Shown here one piece after another: positions 19,547 through 27,750 of a DNA stretch of 64,000 nt (the first letter of the stretch is position 1; every line of letters starts with the position of its first letter). The notes below the pieces were generated by a model. It did no database searches. It had not been told where the DNA came from and saw only the letters and a program-made list of their open reading frames with translations. A program made the translations under genes and the position numbers. Source of the DNA: an uncultured Planctomycetaceae bacterium (GTDB taxonomy: Bacteria; Planctomycetota; Planctomycetia; Planctomycetales; Planctomycetaceae); the NCBI GenBank assembly GCA_963976765.1, contig CAXBME010000005.1, positions 248,001 to 312,000 on the forward strand, given 5' to 3'.

Positions 19547-21568
19547 CTAACGAAGCTGCGCGCCGACAGCGGACTCGCACGACCTGATCACCGCCTGCTG
19601 AGCCTCTTCAACTTCTTCGTGAGTCAGCGTTCGCTCGGCGGATCGGTAGCTGATGGTCAGCAGGTACGACTTCTTGTCGACTGGAAGCTGCTTCCCTCTG
19701 AACTGGCCGCTGAAAGAAATCGACTCGAAGTTTGGCCCGGCAACTGTCGTCACGGCTTCTTCGAGCTGGCTCCATGTCACGGACTCGTCGAGCACGAAAT
19801 TCAGATCGCGAGTCGACGCTGGAAATCGTGGCAGCTCGGCAAATTCCGGTCGCAGATTGGCAGACTGTTCGAGCAAAGACAGATCGAACTCCGCAACAAC
19901 GCACGCGTCGCGCAGGCCCAGCTGGTCGGTGACTGACCGATCCAACTCGCCGAACCAGCCCCACGATTTGCCGTTCAGAAAAATCTCAGCCCCGCGACCT
20001 TCCACAAACTGTGGTACGTCGCTCGGCTTGACGGTGGCCGTAGAAGCTCGGTTAACTCGTTCGGCGATCGACTGAAGCAGCCCCTTCATCTCCAGCAGCG
20101 AACAGCCGCTGACCATGCCAATGACTTTGGGCTCCGCTGCCGGGTTCCCTGGGTCAGACTTCAGGAACACCGACGCGATTTCGAAAAGCTGAGAGTTGAA
20201 ATTGCCGTGCCGCTCGTTTTCACGCCGAGCCTGCAGCAGGCTGGGGATCAAACTCTGCCTCAGGATATTCTCCTGACGACGCGACGAATGATTGACGCTG
20301 AGTGTTGTCTCAATCCTGCGCGGCGTGAAGAGGCTGTTCAGTTTCTCATCGGTAAAGGTCATCGTGACCGCTTCGTAGAAACCATTGCCGGTCAGCACCT
20401 CGCAGACTCGATCAATCACTCGGTCACGCAGCGACTTCTGGCTGACCGTTAACGGAACGATCGCGTCTTCCGGAATCCTGTCGTAACCGTAAATACGCGC
20501 GACTTCTTCGAGCAGATCAGCTTCTCGGCTGATGTCTCGCCGCCGCCAGCTCGGAGCAATGAATGAAGCCTCGTCGTCGGTCGCGTCGCCGACCTGCTTC
20601 ATGCCGAGCGACTGGAGTATCTGCAGAGCCTCCTCACGCGGGACATCAATGCCCAGAACCTGCTTCATCCGTGCGAACCGAAGCGTGACTGGTTCAGGAT
20701 CTGCTGGCGGTTGCTCGCCCGCCCAGATCGAACCTTCCAGCAGCTCGCCGCCAGCCAGTTCCAGAATCAGCTCGCAACAACGTCGGCTGGCCCAGTCGAG
20801 CTGCTCGACATCGATTCCCCGCTCGAAGCGGAAAGACGAGTCGCTGTGCAGATTTAACTCGCGAGCCGTTCCGCGAATCGACTTCACGGCAAAGTCAGCG
20901 ACCTCAACCAGCACACTGGTGGTGCCGTCGCCGATTTCCGTGCCGGCACCGCCCATGACACCGCCGATGGCGACAGGCTTTTCTGCGTCAGCAATCACGC
21001 ACATGTCAGACGTCAGTTTGTATTCTTTGTGATCGATCGCTTCGATCTTCTCACCGTCCTTCGCCCGTCGTACGACGATGCGATTTCCGGCGAGCTTGTC
21101 AAAATCAAATGCGTGCAGCGGCTGGCCGCATTCCATCAGAACATAGTTCGTGATGTCGACAATGTTGTTGATCGGGGCGATGCCGATCGTTGCCAGTCGG
21201 TCCTGCATCCACGCGGGGCTCGGACCAACTTTCACGCCTTTAATCACGCGAGCGATGTACCGAGGGCACACGTCGTCACACTCGATCGTTACCGAGGTTG
21301 CTTCGCTGACCGGTCTGTCGCTTTCCGCCGGTTGAGCCGCCGGAATCGTCAGTTCGTCGTTAAAGCAAACACTGATTTCACGAGCGACCCCGATGTGCCC
21401 CAGGCAGTCCGGTCGATTGCTGGTGACTTCCAGATCGATCGCCAGATCGTCGCCGACCTCCTCGATGCCTTCGAGGTTCAGCCCGGTCATCATGAGCTTA
21501 TCTGCCACTTCCGCCGCCGATGCAGTCGGCTTGACATATTCCAGCAACCAGTCCCAACTGACGATCAT
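19547..21568 (-). CDS. pheT: Phenylalanine-tRNA ligase beta subunit (short form)
   Basis: SWDWLLEY, EVTSNRPDCLGHIGVARE, NNIVDITNYV, GQPLHAFD, SFRFERG, DLLEEVARIYGY, C-terminal FDX-ACB domain. Confidence 0.97.
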   Translation of the reverse strand: MIVSWDWLLEYVKPTASAAEVADKLMMTGLNLEGIEEVGDDLAIDLEVTSNRPDCLGHIGVAREISVCFNDELTIPAAQPAESDRPVSEATSVTIECDDVCPRYIARVIKGVKVGPSPAWMQDRLATIGIAPINNIVDITNYVLMECGQPLHAFDFDKLAGNRIVVRRAKDGEKIEAIDHKEYKLTSDMCVIADAEKPVAIGGVMGGAGTEIGDGTTSVLVEVADFAVKSIRGTARELNLHSDSSFRFERGIDVEQLDWASRRCCELILELAGGELLEGSIWAGEQPPADPEPVTLRFARMKQVLGIDVPREEALQILQSLGMKQVGDATDDEASFIAPSWRRRDISREADLLEEVARIYGYDRIPEDAIVPLTVSQKSLRDRVIDRVCEVLTGNGFYEAVTMTFTDEKLNSLFTPRRIETTLSVNHSSRRQENILRQSLIPSLLQARRENERHGNFNSQLFEIASVFLKSDPGNPAAEPKVIGMVSGCSLLEMKGLLQSIAERVNRASTATVKPSDVPQFVEGRGAEIFLNGKSWGWFGELDRSVTDQLGLRDACVVAEFDLSLLEQSANLRPEFAELPRFPASTRDLNFVLDESVTWSQLEEAVTTVAGPNFESISFSGQFRGKQLPVDKKSYLLTISYRSAERTLTHEEVEEAQQAVIRSCESAVGAQLR

Positions 21569-22119
21569 AACACTACTTCCAACGATTGATCTGACGAGTG
21601 CGTGAAAATGAAAGACCGGATCTCACCGGCCGGAAAATAATTGTTCTTCGACCGGCAGAAACCGGCCCGCAGCCTGTCGCACCGAGTTGTCCTCACGTCC
21701 GCGCAGGTGGAATGCGTCCGGAATGGCATCCCGATTCCTCAACACGTCACGACAGCGCCGGCGCAAACTGAATTCAGGGTGCGACCGCAAAATGGCCGTT
21801 CCTGCCTTGAATTCGAGCGGGAAATTTAACGCTCAGCGACAGACTTGCACAGCCGGCATGAAAAGCTTTGAGCGGCACAGCCATCATGGCTGTCTGCAAG
21901 GTCGCTCAAACGACGCTATCGGAAACTCACAACGACGACGTCGCGGCATCGAAACCTGCTCTGACTTCGCAGAGCAAGTGAATTCTCCGCAGGCGGGAAC
22001 AACATTGGGAACAGGCTCCCCGCCACTGCGGCTCGCCGTTTCAACTCGGGAAGCTGATTCGAGTACACTCGTTGGCGTGCAGGAGTGTAGATGATGGTTT
22101 CTCAGAAAGGGACGCATTC

Positions 22120-22827
22120 TTGCTGAACGACGTGCTGGAAATCGGACTTGGGACGAGTCTGCATATTCGCGAGGAGCGAATTTCAGATGACGACGACGCC
22201 TGTCGGTTGTTGTACGTCAGCGACGTTCACCTTCGTCGCAGCCGCTCAGACCTTCTGGTCCGGCAGGTCGTCAAATCTGCGCGGCTCTGTAAACCGCACG
22301 CGATCCTGCTGGGCGGCGACCTTGTTGATTCCGTTTCGGAATTGAGCCATCTCGGCGATCTGACTTCAGAACTGCGAGCCGTCGGCCAGGTATTCGCCAT
22401 CGGTGGAAATCACGACGATCGCGTGGGGATTGGCTACGTCCGAACAGCTATCGAGCGTGGCGGAGGAAACTGGATTCACGACGGTTACGCGAATATCGCA
22501 AATGATTCGCGGTCGATCGTTGTGTCTGGCCCCAACGCTGACGTCCCGCCCGAAGGCGACGTCCGAATCCTCTGCGCGCACAATCCACGAATCTGGCGAA
22601 CGGCAAAACAGCAGGGTTTCGACCTGGTCCTCGCCGGTCACCTGCATGGTTGCCAGGTGGTCGCCTTCGAATTTCGAGACAGGCTGTTTCCCGGCGCAGC
22701 GTTCTATCCTTACAACTTTCTGAGTCATCAGCATGGCTCAACAAGGCTTGTCGTCAGTCGCGGCGTCAGCGATCTCATCCCAATTCGCTGGAGATGCCCC
22801 CGGGAAGTGGTACTGTGTCATGTCTGA
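22120..22827 (+). CDS. Calcineurin-like metallophosphoesterase
   Basis: SDVH, GGDLVD, GGNHD, AHNP, AGHLHG motifs; start codon uncertain (TTG 22120 or 22072). Confidence 0.85.
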   Translation: MLNDVLEIGLGTSLHIREERISDDDDACRLLYVSDVHLRRSRSDLLVRQVVKSARLCKPHAILLGGDLVDSVSELSHLGDLTSELRAVGQVFAIGGNHDDRVGIGYVRTAIERGGGNWIHDGYANIANDSRSIVVSGPNADVPPEGDVRILCAHNPRIWRTAKQQGFDLVLAGHLHGCQVVAFEFRDRLFPGAAFYPYNFLSHQHGSTRLVVSRGVSDLIPIRWRCPREVVLCHV

Positions 22828-22877
22828 CGATGGGCGATCGAAGCTGGTGAATCACCATTGCCTCGGAGCGTTGCAAC

Positions 22878-23696
22878 ATGAAGACAACCGGCGACATTCA
22901 GCACGGAAGGTTCTCGGCGAGCATCACAGCCACCGTCAGCTTTCTTCGAGGAATACCGTTCTACTTTCGATCGAGCCCCCGAACTCCATTACGAGTTCTC
23001 TGTCTGATGGCGTTTGACACGCTTCACGTGCTTCGGTCTTCGAAACGACTCTCCAAACAATGTCTGCAGGAACTGGCAACGCTGCTGGATTTTGGAGCGT
23101 GCGCGAACGCGTTCTTCGATTCCAAAAATTTCGATCACCAGGAGTATCGACGAACCCGGCAGACGCTCGCCGATTTCAGCCTGGGCAAGCCGGTCGACGA
23201 ATACGTCAGGAAACTGCGAGAGCTTGAAAGGCATCGCCCGTTACCGGGTGGCGACGATCGATCGCACGGAGATGTCAAAACGTATCGCGAAGAAGTCGTG
23301 AGACTTTCGTTGGGCATCGTCGGCACGGTTGCCAACGATCGCTGCTCAGTCGAGTCCGGCATCAGGCAAACGCATCATGACGATGGCCTGAATATGTTGT
23401 TTCGACTGGTTATGTTCTGTCAGATTATTGACGACGTACTGGATTGGCCGCACGACCTGGTGGCCGGGATTCCGAGTTTCACGACAGGACATGCCTCGCT
23501 GAGTCGGGCGATCGAGCTGACTCGCGACGCGACCGTTGCTTATCGTCGTGACGTGCCCGCAGCCCCGTGCCTCTTTCCGTTGCGCGTCGCCTTGTACGGC
23601 CTGTCGATAACTACTCGGCTGATGCTCGCAACAGGTCGCCTGATATTGGTTTCGCCGCTGGTTCGGCAGAACGTCCGAGAGGTATCGCTTCGCTAA
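22878..23696 (+). CDS. Helical protein with class-I isoprenoid-synthase-like Asp-rich motif
   Basis: [18 protein letters not shown] resembles the second Asp-rich motif (Q..DD..D) of prenyltransferase/terpene synthase folds. Confidence 0.5.
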   Translation: MKTTGDIQHGRFSASITATVSFLRGIPFYFRSSPRTPLRVLCLMAFDTLHVLRSSKRLSKQCLQELATLLDFGACANAFFDSKNFDHQEYRRTRQTLADFSLGKPVDEYVRKLRELERHRPLPGGDDRSHGDVKTYREEVVRLSLGIVGTVANDRCSVESGIRQTHHDDGLNMLFRLVMFCQIIDDVLDWPHDLVAGIPSFTTGHASLSRAIELTRDATVAYRRDVPAAPCLFPLRVALYGLSITTRLMLATGRLILVSPLVRQNVREVSLR

Positions 23697-24415
23697 TCCG
23701 GCACAACGCCGTTGTGATAAACGTCCTGGACATCGTCGCAATCGTTGAGCATCGTCATGAATTTTTCGAACATCGGTAGGTCGTCTTTGCTGATTTCAGC
23801 ATTGGCCTGAGGGATAAACGTGACTTCCTGGACCTCCAGTTCGAGTTCCGGGAACGCTTCCTGCAGTGCCTGCGTGGCCTTGAAGAATTCACTGGCCGGG
23901 GCGAACAGCGTCAGTTGGCCATCTTTGTTCTCGATGTCGTCGACGTCGACGTCCGCGTCCAGCATCGCTTCAAGGACTTCGTCTTCGTTGTCGCCTTTGA
24001 ATGAAAAGACCGCCAGATGATCGAAGAGATGGGCGACCGACCCCGCCGGACCGAGCTTTGACCCCGTCTTCGTGAAGCAGTTTCGAACATCGGTAATTGT
24101 TCGGTTTGGATTGTCGGTTAAGCAGTCAACGATGACTGAGCATCCGCTGGGACCAAATCCTTCATAGCGAGCTGCCGTGTAATCTTCTCCACCGGTCCCC
24201 TTGGCCTTTTCAATAGCTTTCTCAATAACATGGCTGGGCACCTGCTCCCGCTTGGCCCGTTCGATCATGCTCCGCAGTGAGGGGTTGGCTTCAGGGTCGG
24301 GCACTCCGTTTTTAGCGGCCATGTAGAGCTGTTTGCCGTACTTCGAATACAGCTTGGACTTCTGCCCCGCCGTCTTCATGATCGAATGCTTGCGGTTTTC
24401 GAAACTTCTTCCCAT
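23693..24415 (-). CDS. yebC: YebC/PmpR-family protein
   Basis: [43 protein letters not shown]. Confidence 0.93.
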   Translation of the reverse strand: MGRSFENRKHSIMKTAGQKSKLYSKYGKQLYMAAKNGVPDPEANPSLRSMIERAKREQVPSHVIEKAIEKAKGTGGEDYTAARYEGFGPSGCSVIVDCLTDNPNRTITDVRNCFTKTGSKLGPAGSVAHLFDHLAVFSFKGDNEDEVLEAMLDADVDVDDIENKDGQLTLFAPASEFFKATQALQEAFPELELEVQEVTFIPQANAEISKDDLPMFEKFMTMLNDCDDVQDVYHNGVVPD

Positions 24416-24644
24416 GGCGGTTATCTTTGACGTCGTGCGGATTTATTGAGAGTTCAGGTCGATTCAGCCTCCTGCGGTGATTGCGGAAGGGCCCGAGCAC
24501 AAGACCCAGAGCGTGCGAATGGTCGCATCGATCGGTGATTTGATCAATCAACAAACCGACTCAATCAGCCCGCTCACCGTCAGAAGTTACGGTCAGCAAG
24601 AGTCGACCCGCGAAGCATCACCGTGGCATCACCCGCTGCATTTC

Positions 24645-24714
24645 AAGTCAACGGCTCATCTGTGGATTACATGGCTTGGCAGCAGTCACAAAACCGCTCT
24701 CAAGCACGACCTGC
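24645..24714 (+). pseudogene. Remnant of the 3' end of a related tyrosine integrase
   Basis: Translates KSTAHLWITWLGSSHKTALKHDL versus KYPAHVVCEWLGNSHKVALKHYL in the intact integrase (14/23 identical); catalytic Tyr replaced by Asp. Confidence 0.75.
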
Positions 24715-24716
24715 CG

Positions 24717-24832
24717 GCACCGACGAGAACCGAGTTACTCAGAAATGCAAAAAGCCCCGGAAAATCCGAGGCTTTGCTGAATGGTGCCGAGCGGTTCCGC
24801 TCTGTTCCTGTCGTAAAAGTGGGCGATGCAGG
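24717..24832. repeat. Left att direct repeat (116 bp)
   Basis: Identical to 31214-31329 except T24735/C31232; last 13 bp are the reverse complement of the tRNA-Val 3' end. Confidence 0.95.
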
Positions 24833-25124
24833 CCCAGAACATATCGACGATTTCCCGGAGAAAACTGCCATTCTCGGGAAAGGTATATCAGAACTCACTC
24901 GCGAAGAGCTGATTTCGCTTGCCAGCAGCCTCGCCGAACAGCTTGCGAAACTCGCTTCGAAACCATCATAGCCAACGTTTCAAATCTGATTCCAAAAGTT
25001 TTCTGCCTCAAGGTTACCGCATTGTTTTCAACAGACTTGAACTCTTGAATACATTCAACATCATTAAAGCAAGTGAAACCGATTGGAGATCGACAATTGT
25101 AAACTTGCTCTGACTGGAGAGGCC

Positions 25125-26699
25125 ATGAATTCCATCCAACTACAATCTACGGCAACGGCGATTCTCGGCGTGATGCTTTTCGCCTTAACCTCAACTGTCA
25201 ATGCTCAAGGCGAGAATTCGCGGGAACTATTGACCGCTGTAAAGATCGGCGAGAAGTCCTACGTTGGAGTCGTTCAAGAAAACGAAGACTCACGTTCTGA
25301 GGTTGTTCTTGAGGACGTTACAACAGGCAAAGTTCGAACGTTTCGGAAAGCACAACTTTCTGGGGAAGCTCGGCAAGTAACAGATACGGAAGCAATCGAG
25401 CTTACTGAGAACCCAGCAGCAGTCATCGCTTGGAGATTTTCAAAGTCGATTCCCAAGGGAAGTTTGCACGGAAAGGTTGCCGCCGCAACCGGAGGTCTCA
25501 TCTATACGACATTGGGAAAAGGAGAAGTTGCAGTTGGCAACGAACTCTTGGTCCATCGTGGCGAGACAGTCATCAAAGACCCGGATACTGGTGAAGTTCT
25601 TGGTCGTCAGAAGAGACTTGTCGCCAAAATTGAAGTAACTGCGATTCAGGGACGACTCTCGAAGGCAAGAGTCAAAGGTGACCTTGAGGTCGTTATTCAA
25701 GTTGGTGATCAAGTTGAGTATCAGCAGCCGAGTTCTGCGATTGCCGTACTTCCTCCAAGTGATATCAATGGGGCTGAATTCGAAGGAACAATTCATTTTG
25801 CTGACGAAGTCGTGAATCAACTTGTACGGCGAAAAGTGAAGGTAGTTGAGAGAGCAAAGCTACTGGACACCTTGGAAGAAATGGCCCTGCAATCGACATT
25901 CATTTTTGATGAAGCGACGACAGCAAGAGTCGGTAAGCAACTCGGAGCTACTCATGTAATTACTGGAAGCGTAGCCCGAGCCAGAGGAACTGGACTTACT
26001 GCCCAATTCAATATCAGGCTGGTCAATGTTGCGACTGGTCAGGTTGAGAACTCGTCTATCTTCAAGACGTATCCGTTTCGATTTGTTCCGGCTGGAGAAG
26101 CTAGATCATCAAGTTACAGCTCTGGCAGACGGCGAAAGATCGATGTATTCGAAGGGGTAAAAGCAGTAGCACCTGCAACAGAAAAGGGAAGTTGGGCAAT
26201 CGCACAAGGCGGCATCATGAATACGGCTGACCTTTCAATTATTTCTCTTCCTGTTGAAGCATCTGGCAGCTTTCAACTCGAACTTGAGATCAATCGACTG
26301 TCAGGAGACAACGCTCTGATGATCTTCTTTCCTGTAGGGTCGTCTGCTGCGTCGTATCATATTAGCCACGGCGGCCCATTTGCCGACGGGGAATACCATT
26401 GCTTGGATCACATTGACGGGCAATCTTCGTCGAAGAATGAAACACGGTCGAATGGCAGGATTCCCAACGGTCAATGGATCAAGGTTTCATTGGATGTGAG
26501 TATTCGGAGAGACAAAGCGACGATTGAAGCAACGCTGGGAGGAAAGCAGATAATCAAATGGGAAGGTGACGTGAGCAGAATTGCTCCTTCGCCAGGTTGG
26601 CATGTAGCCAACAGAAAGCAGTTTGGTTTGGGAGTTCAACGTTCAAGGGTTGCTTTTAGAAATCTCGAAATTACGGGAACTGCAAAACCTGTAAGGTGA
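25125..26699 (+). CDS. Secreted cargo protein: FlgT-C-like + CsgG/HfaB(FlgO)-like + C-terminal beta-sandwich (DUF1080-like)
   Basis: GGAGAGG RBS, signal peptide; IKDPDTGEVLG...AKIEVT...SKA; VVER..L...LEE.ALQ...DEATTARVGKQLGATHVITGS; FQLELE...VAFRNLEI. Confidence 0.7.
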   Translation: MNSIQLQSTATAILGVMLFALTSTVNAQGENSRELLTAVKIGEKSYVGVVQENEDSRSEVVLEDVTTGKVRTFRKAQLSGEARQVTDTEAIELTENPAAVIAWRFSKSIPKGSLHGKVAAATGGLIYTTLGKGEVAVGNELLVHRGETVIKDPDTGEVLGRQKRLVAKIEVTAIQGRLSKARVKGDLEVVIQVGDQVEYQQPSSAIAVLPPSDINGAEFEGTIHFADEVVNQLVRRKVKVVERAKLLDTLEEMALQSTFIFDEATTARVGKQLGATHVITGSVARARGTGLTAQFNIRLVNVATGQVENSSIFKTYPFRFVPAGEARSSSYSSGRRRKIDVFEGVKAVAPATEKGSWAIAQGGIMNTADLSIISLPVEASGSFQLELEINRLSGDNALMIFFPVGSSAASYHISHGGPFADGEYHCLDHIDGQSSSKNETRSNGRIPNGQWIKVSLDVSIRRDKATIEATLGGKQIIKWEGDVSRIAPSPGWHVANRKQFGLGVQRSRVAFRNLEITGTAKPVR

Positions 26700-26835
26700 T
26701 TTAGAGTTGGTAGACCAAATCAAAAGGTTAAGAATTCAAGGCTTCAATGAAATGTAACTGTGGGCATCTAATGAAAATGAATGCCTCGTGTATTCGTCGC
26801 CGCATTTGAGCCGCCGATTTGCGTCCGATTTCCCA

Positions 26836-27052
26836 ACTATTTCGGGAAAACTTCGAAAACTTCCCGGAATTATCCGGTAAAACGCCCACTACAGGAGCCT
26901 ATAGGGTGAGAGACGACATCGAACTTGCAGACAGCCACGTCACCGACGGTTGAGCGTCGAGTTTCCAGCAGCAGCCCTGACTATTTCGGGAAAAATTTGG
27001 AAACTTCCCGGAATTATCCGCCAAAACGTCCACCGCCAGAGCCTATAGGGTG
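26836..27052. repeat. Two 73-bp direct repeats, 144 bp apart (26836-26908, 26980-27052)
   Basis: Manual alignment gives 63/73 identity; shared blocks ACTATTTCGGGAAAA, AAACTTCCCGGAATTATCCG, GAGCCTATAGGGTG. Confidence 0.9.
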
Positions 27053-27162
27053 GGGCAGTCGATCGCGGCGGCTTTCACTCACTCTCAGTTCCGACGTTGG
27101 CACATCAGGGAACTTTGAGACTCTGGATACAGAACAGCCGTTCCGAATCCGGAAGAATTGGC

Positions 27163-27717
27163 CTGATTCGCCCGGAATCAGCTCGCACAACTACTCTTTC
27201 TCGGCATGTATTATAGAGAGCTTGTACCAACCACTTCTCTCCAACCACTCACCCCACCACCACAGCACACGCTCAGTCACAAATCGAACGAACGATTAAC
27301 TGAGCTTCCCACAGTGCTATTGGTTAGTGAAGCAGTCCCACCGTTGAACTTCAAACAGTTCAATTGATTGAGGGGAAAGCGTTCGGCTCAATTCAATCTG
27401 AGCCGCCATTGCTTTAGAGGCCAATGCTGAAGCCTCACGAAACTGATTCTTTTGCTTTCGAATCAGAAACGAAAACTGATCGCTCTGCTGATTGAATTCG
27501 TCATTCATCGACGAAAATGCAGAAGCTCAAGCTCAGTTGAAGAACCACAATCTTAGTTTCTCCTGCTTGTTTGAAGGTGACTGATTTCCGGCTTTTGCTT
27601 AGCCGTGAATGAAGGCCCCCGCCGCCTTCGGGGATGCCATCTCACCAGAGTGTGAACAAACAATACCCACCTCGCTTTCCATGTGCTGTTTCGGCTTTTG
27701 CCGGAGCAGCTTTTTTT
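27163..27717 (+). ncRNA. Candidate structured non-coding RNA/leader (or folded ssDNA signal)
   Basis: Series of 5-7 bp stems plus a 10-bp long-range pairing (27298-27307 with 27529-27538), ending in a hairpin + T7 terminator; no convincing ORF. Confidence 0.45.
27685..27717 (+). terminator. Intrinsic terminator/attenuator just upstream of the polymerase-like gene
   Basis: GCTGTTTCGGC-TTTT-GCCGGAGCAGC-TTTTTTT. Confidence 0.8.
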
Positions 27718-27750
27718 GTGTCTCGTGTTCTATCGAAAGGAAACCCAAGA

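Noticed and set aside
21569..22071. Gene or leader upstream of pheT
   Set aside because: ORFs here look random, and no pheS, T-box or leader peptide is recognisable
24820..24832. Second tRNA gene at the left repeat
   Set aside because: Only the 13-nt 3' fragment is present
24477..24971. 164-aa ORF as an independent gene
   Set aside because: It is a chimera of the integrase remnant, the att repeat and the alternative integrase tail; no convincing start or RBS
26836..27052. CRISPR array
   Set aside because: Only two units, 73 bp long and 86% identical, with no cas genes; kept as a direct repeat
26925..27508. Short ORFs 26925-27299 (+) and 27317-27508 (-)
   Set aside because: No recognisable motifs or RBS and they overlap repeats and hairpins; the 63-aa minus ORF cannot be fully excluded
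27634..27750. First 39 codons of the 482-aa polymerase-like ORF
   Set aside because: They run through a terminator hairpin and T tract; GTG 27751 has a better RBS
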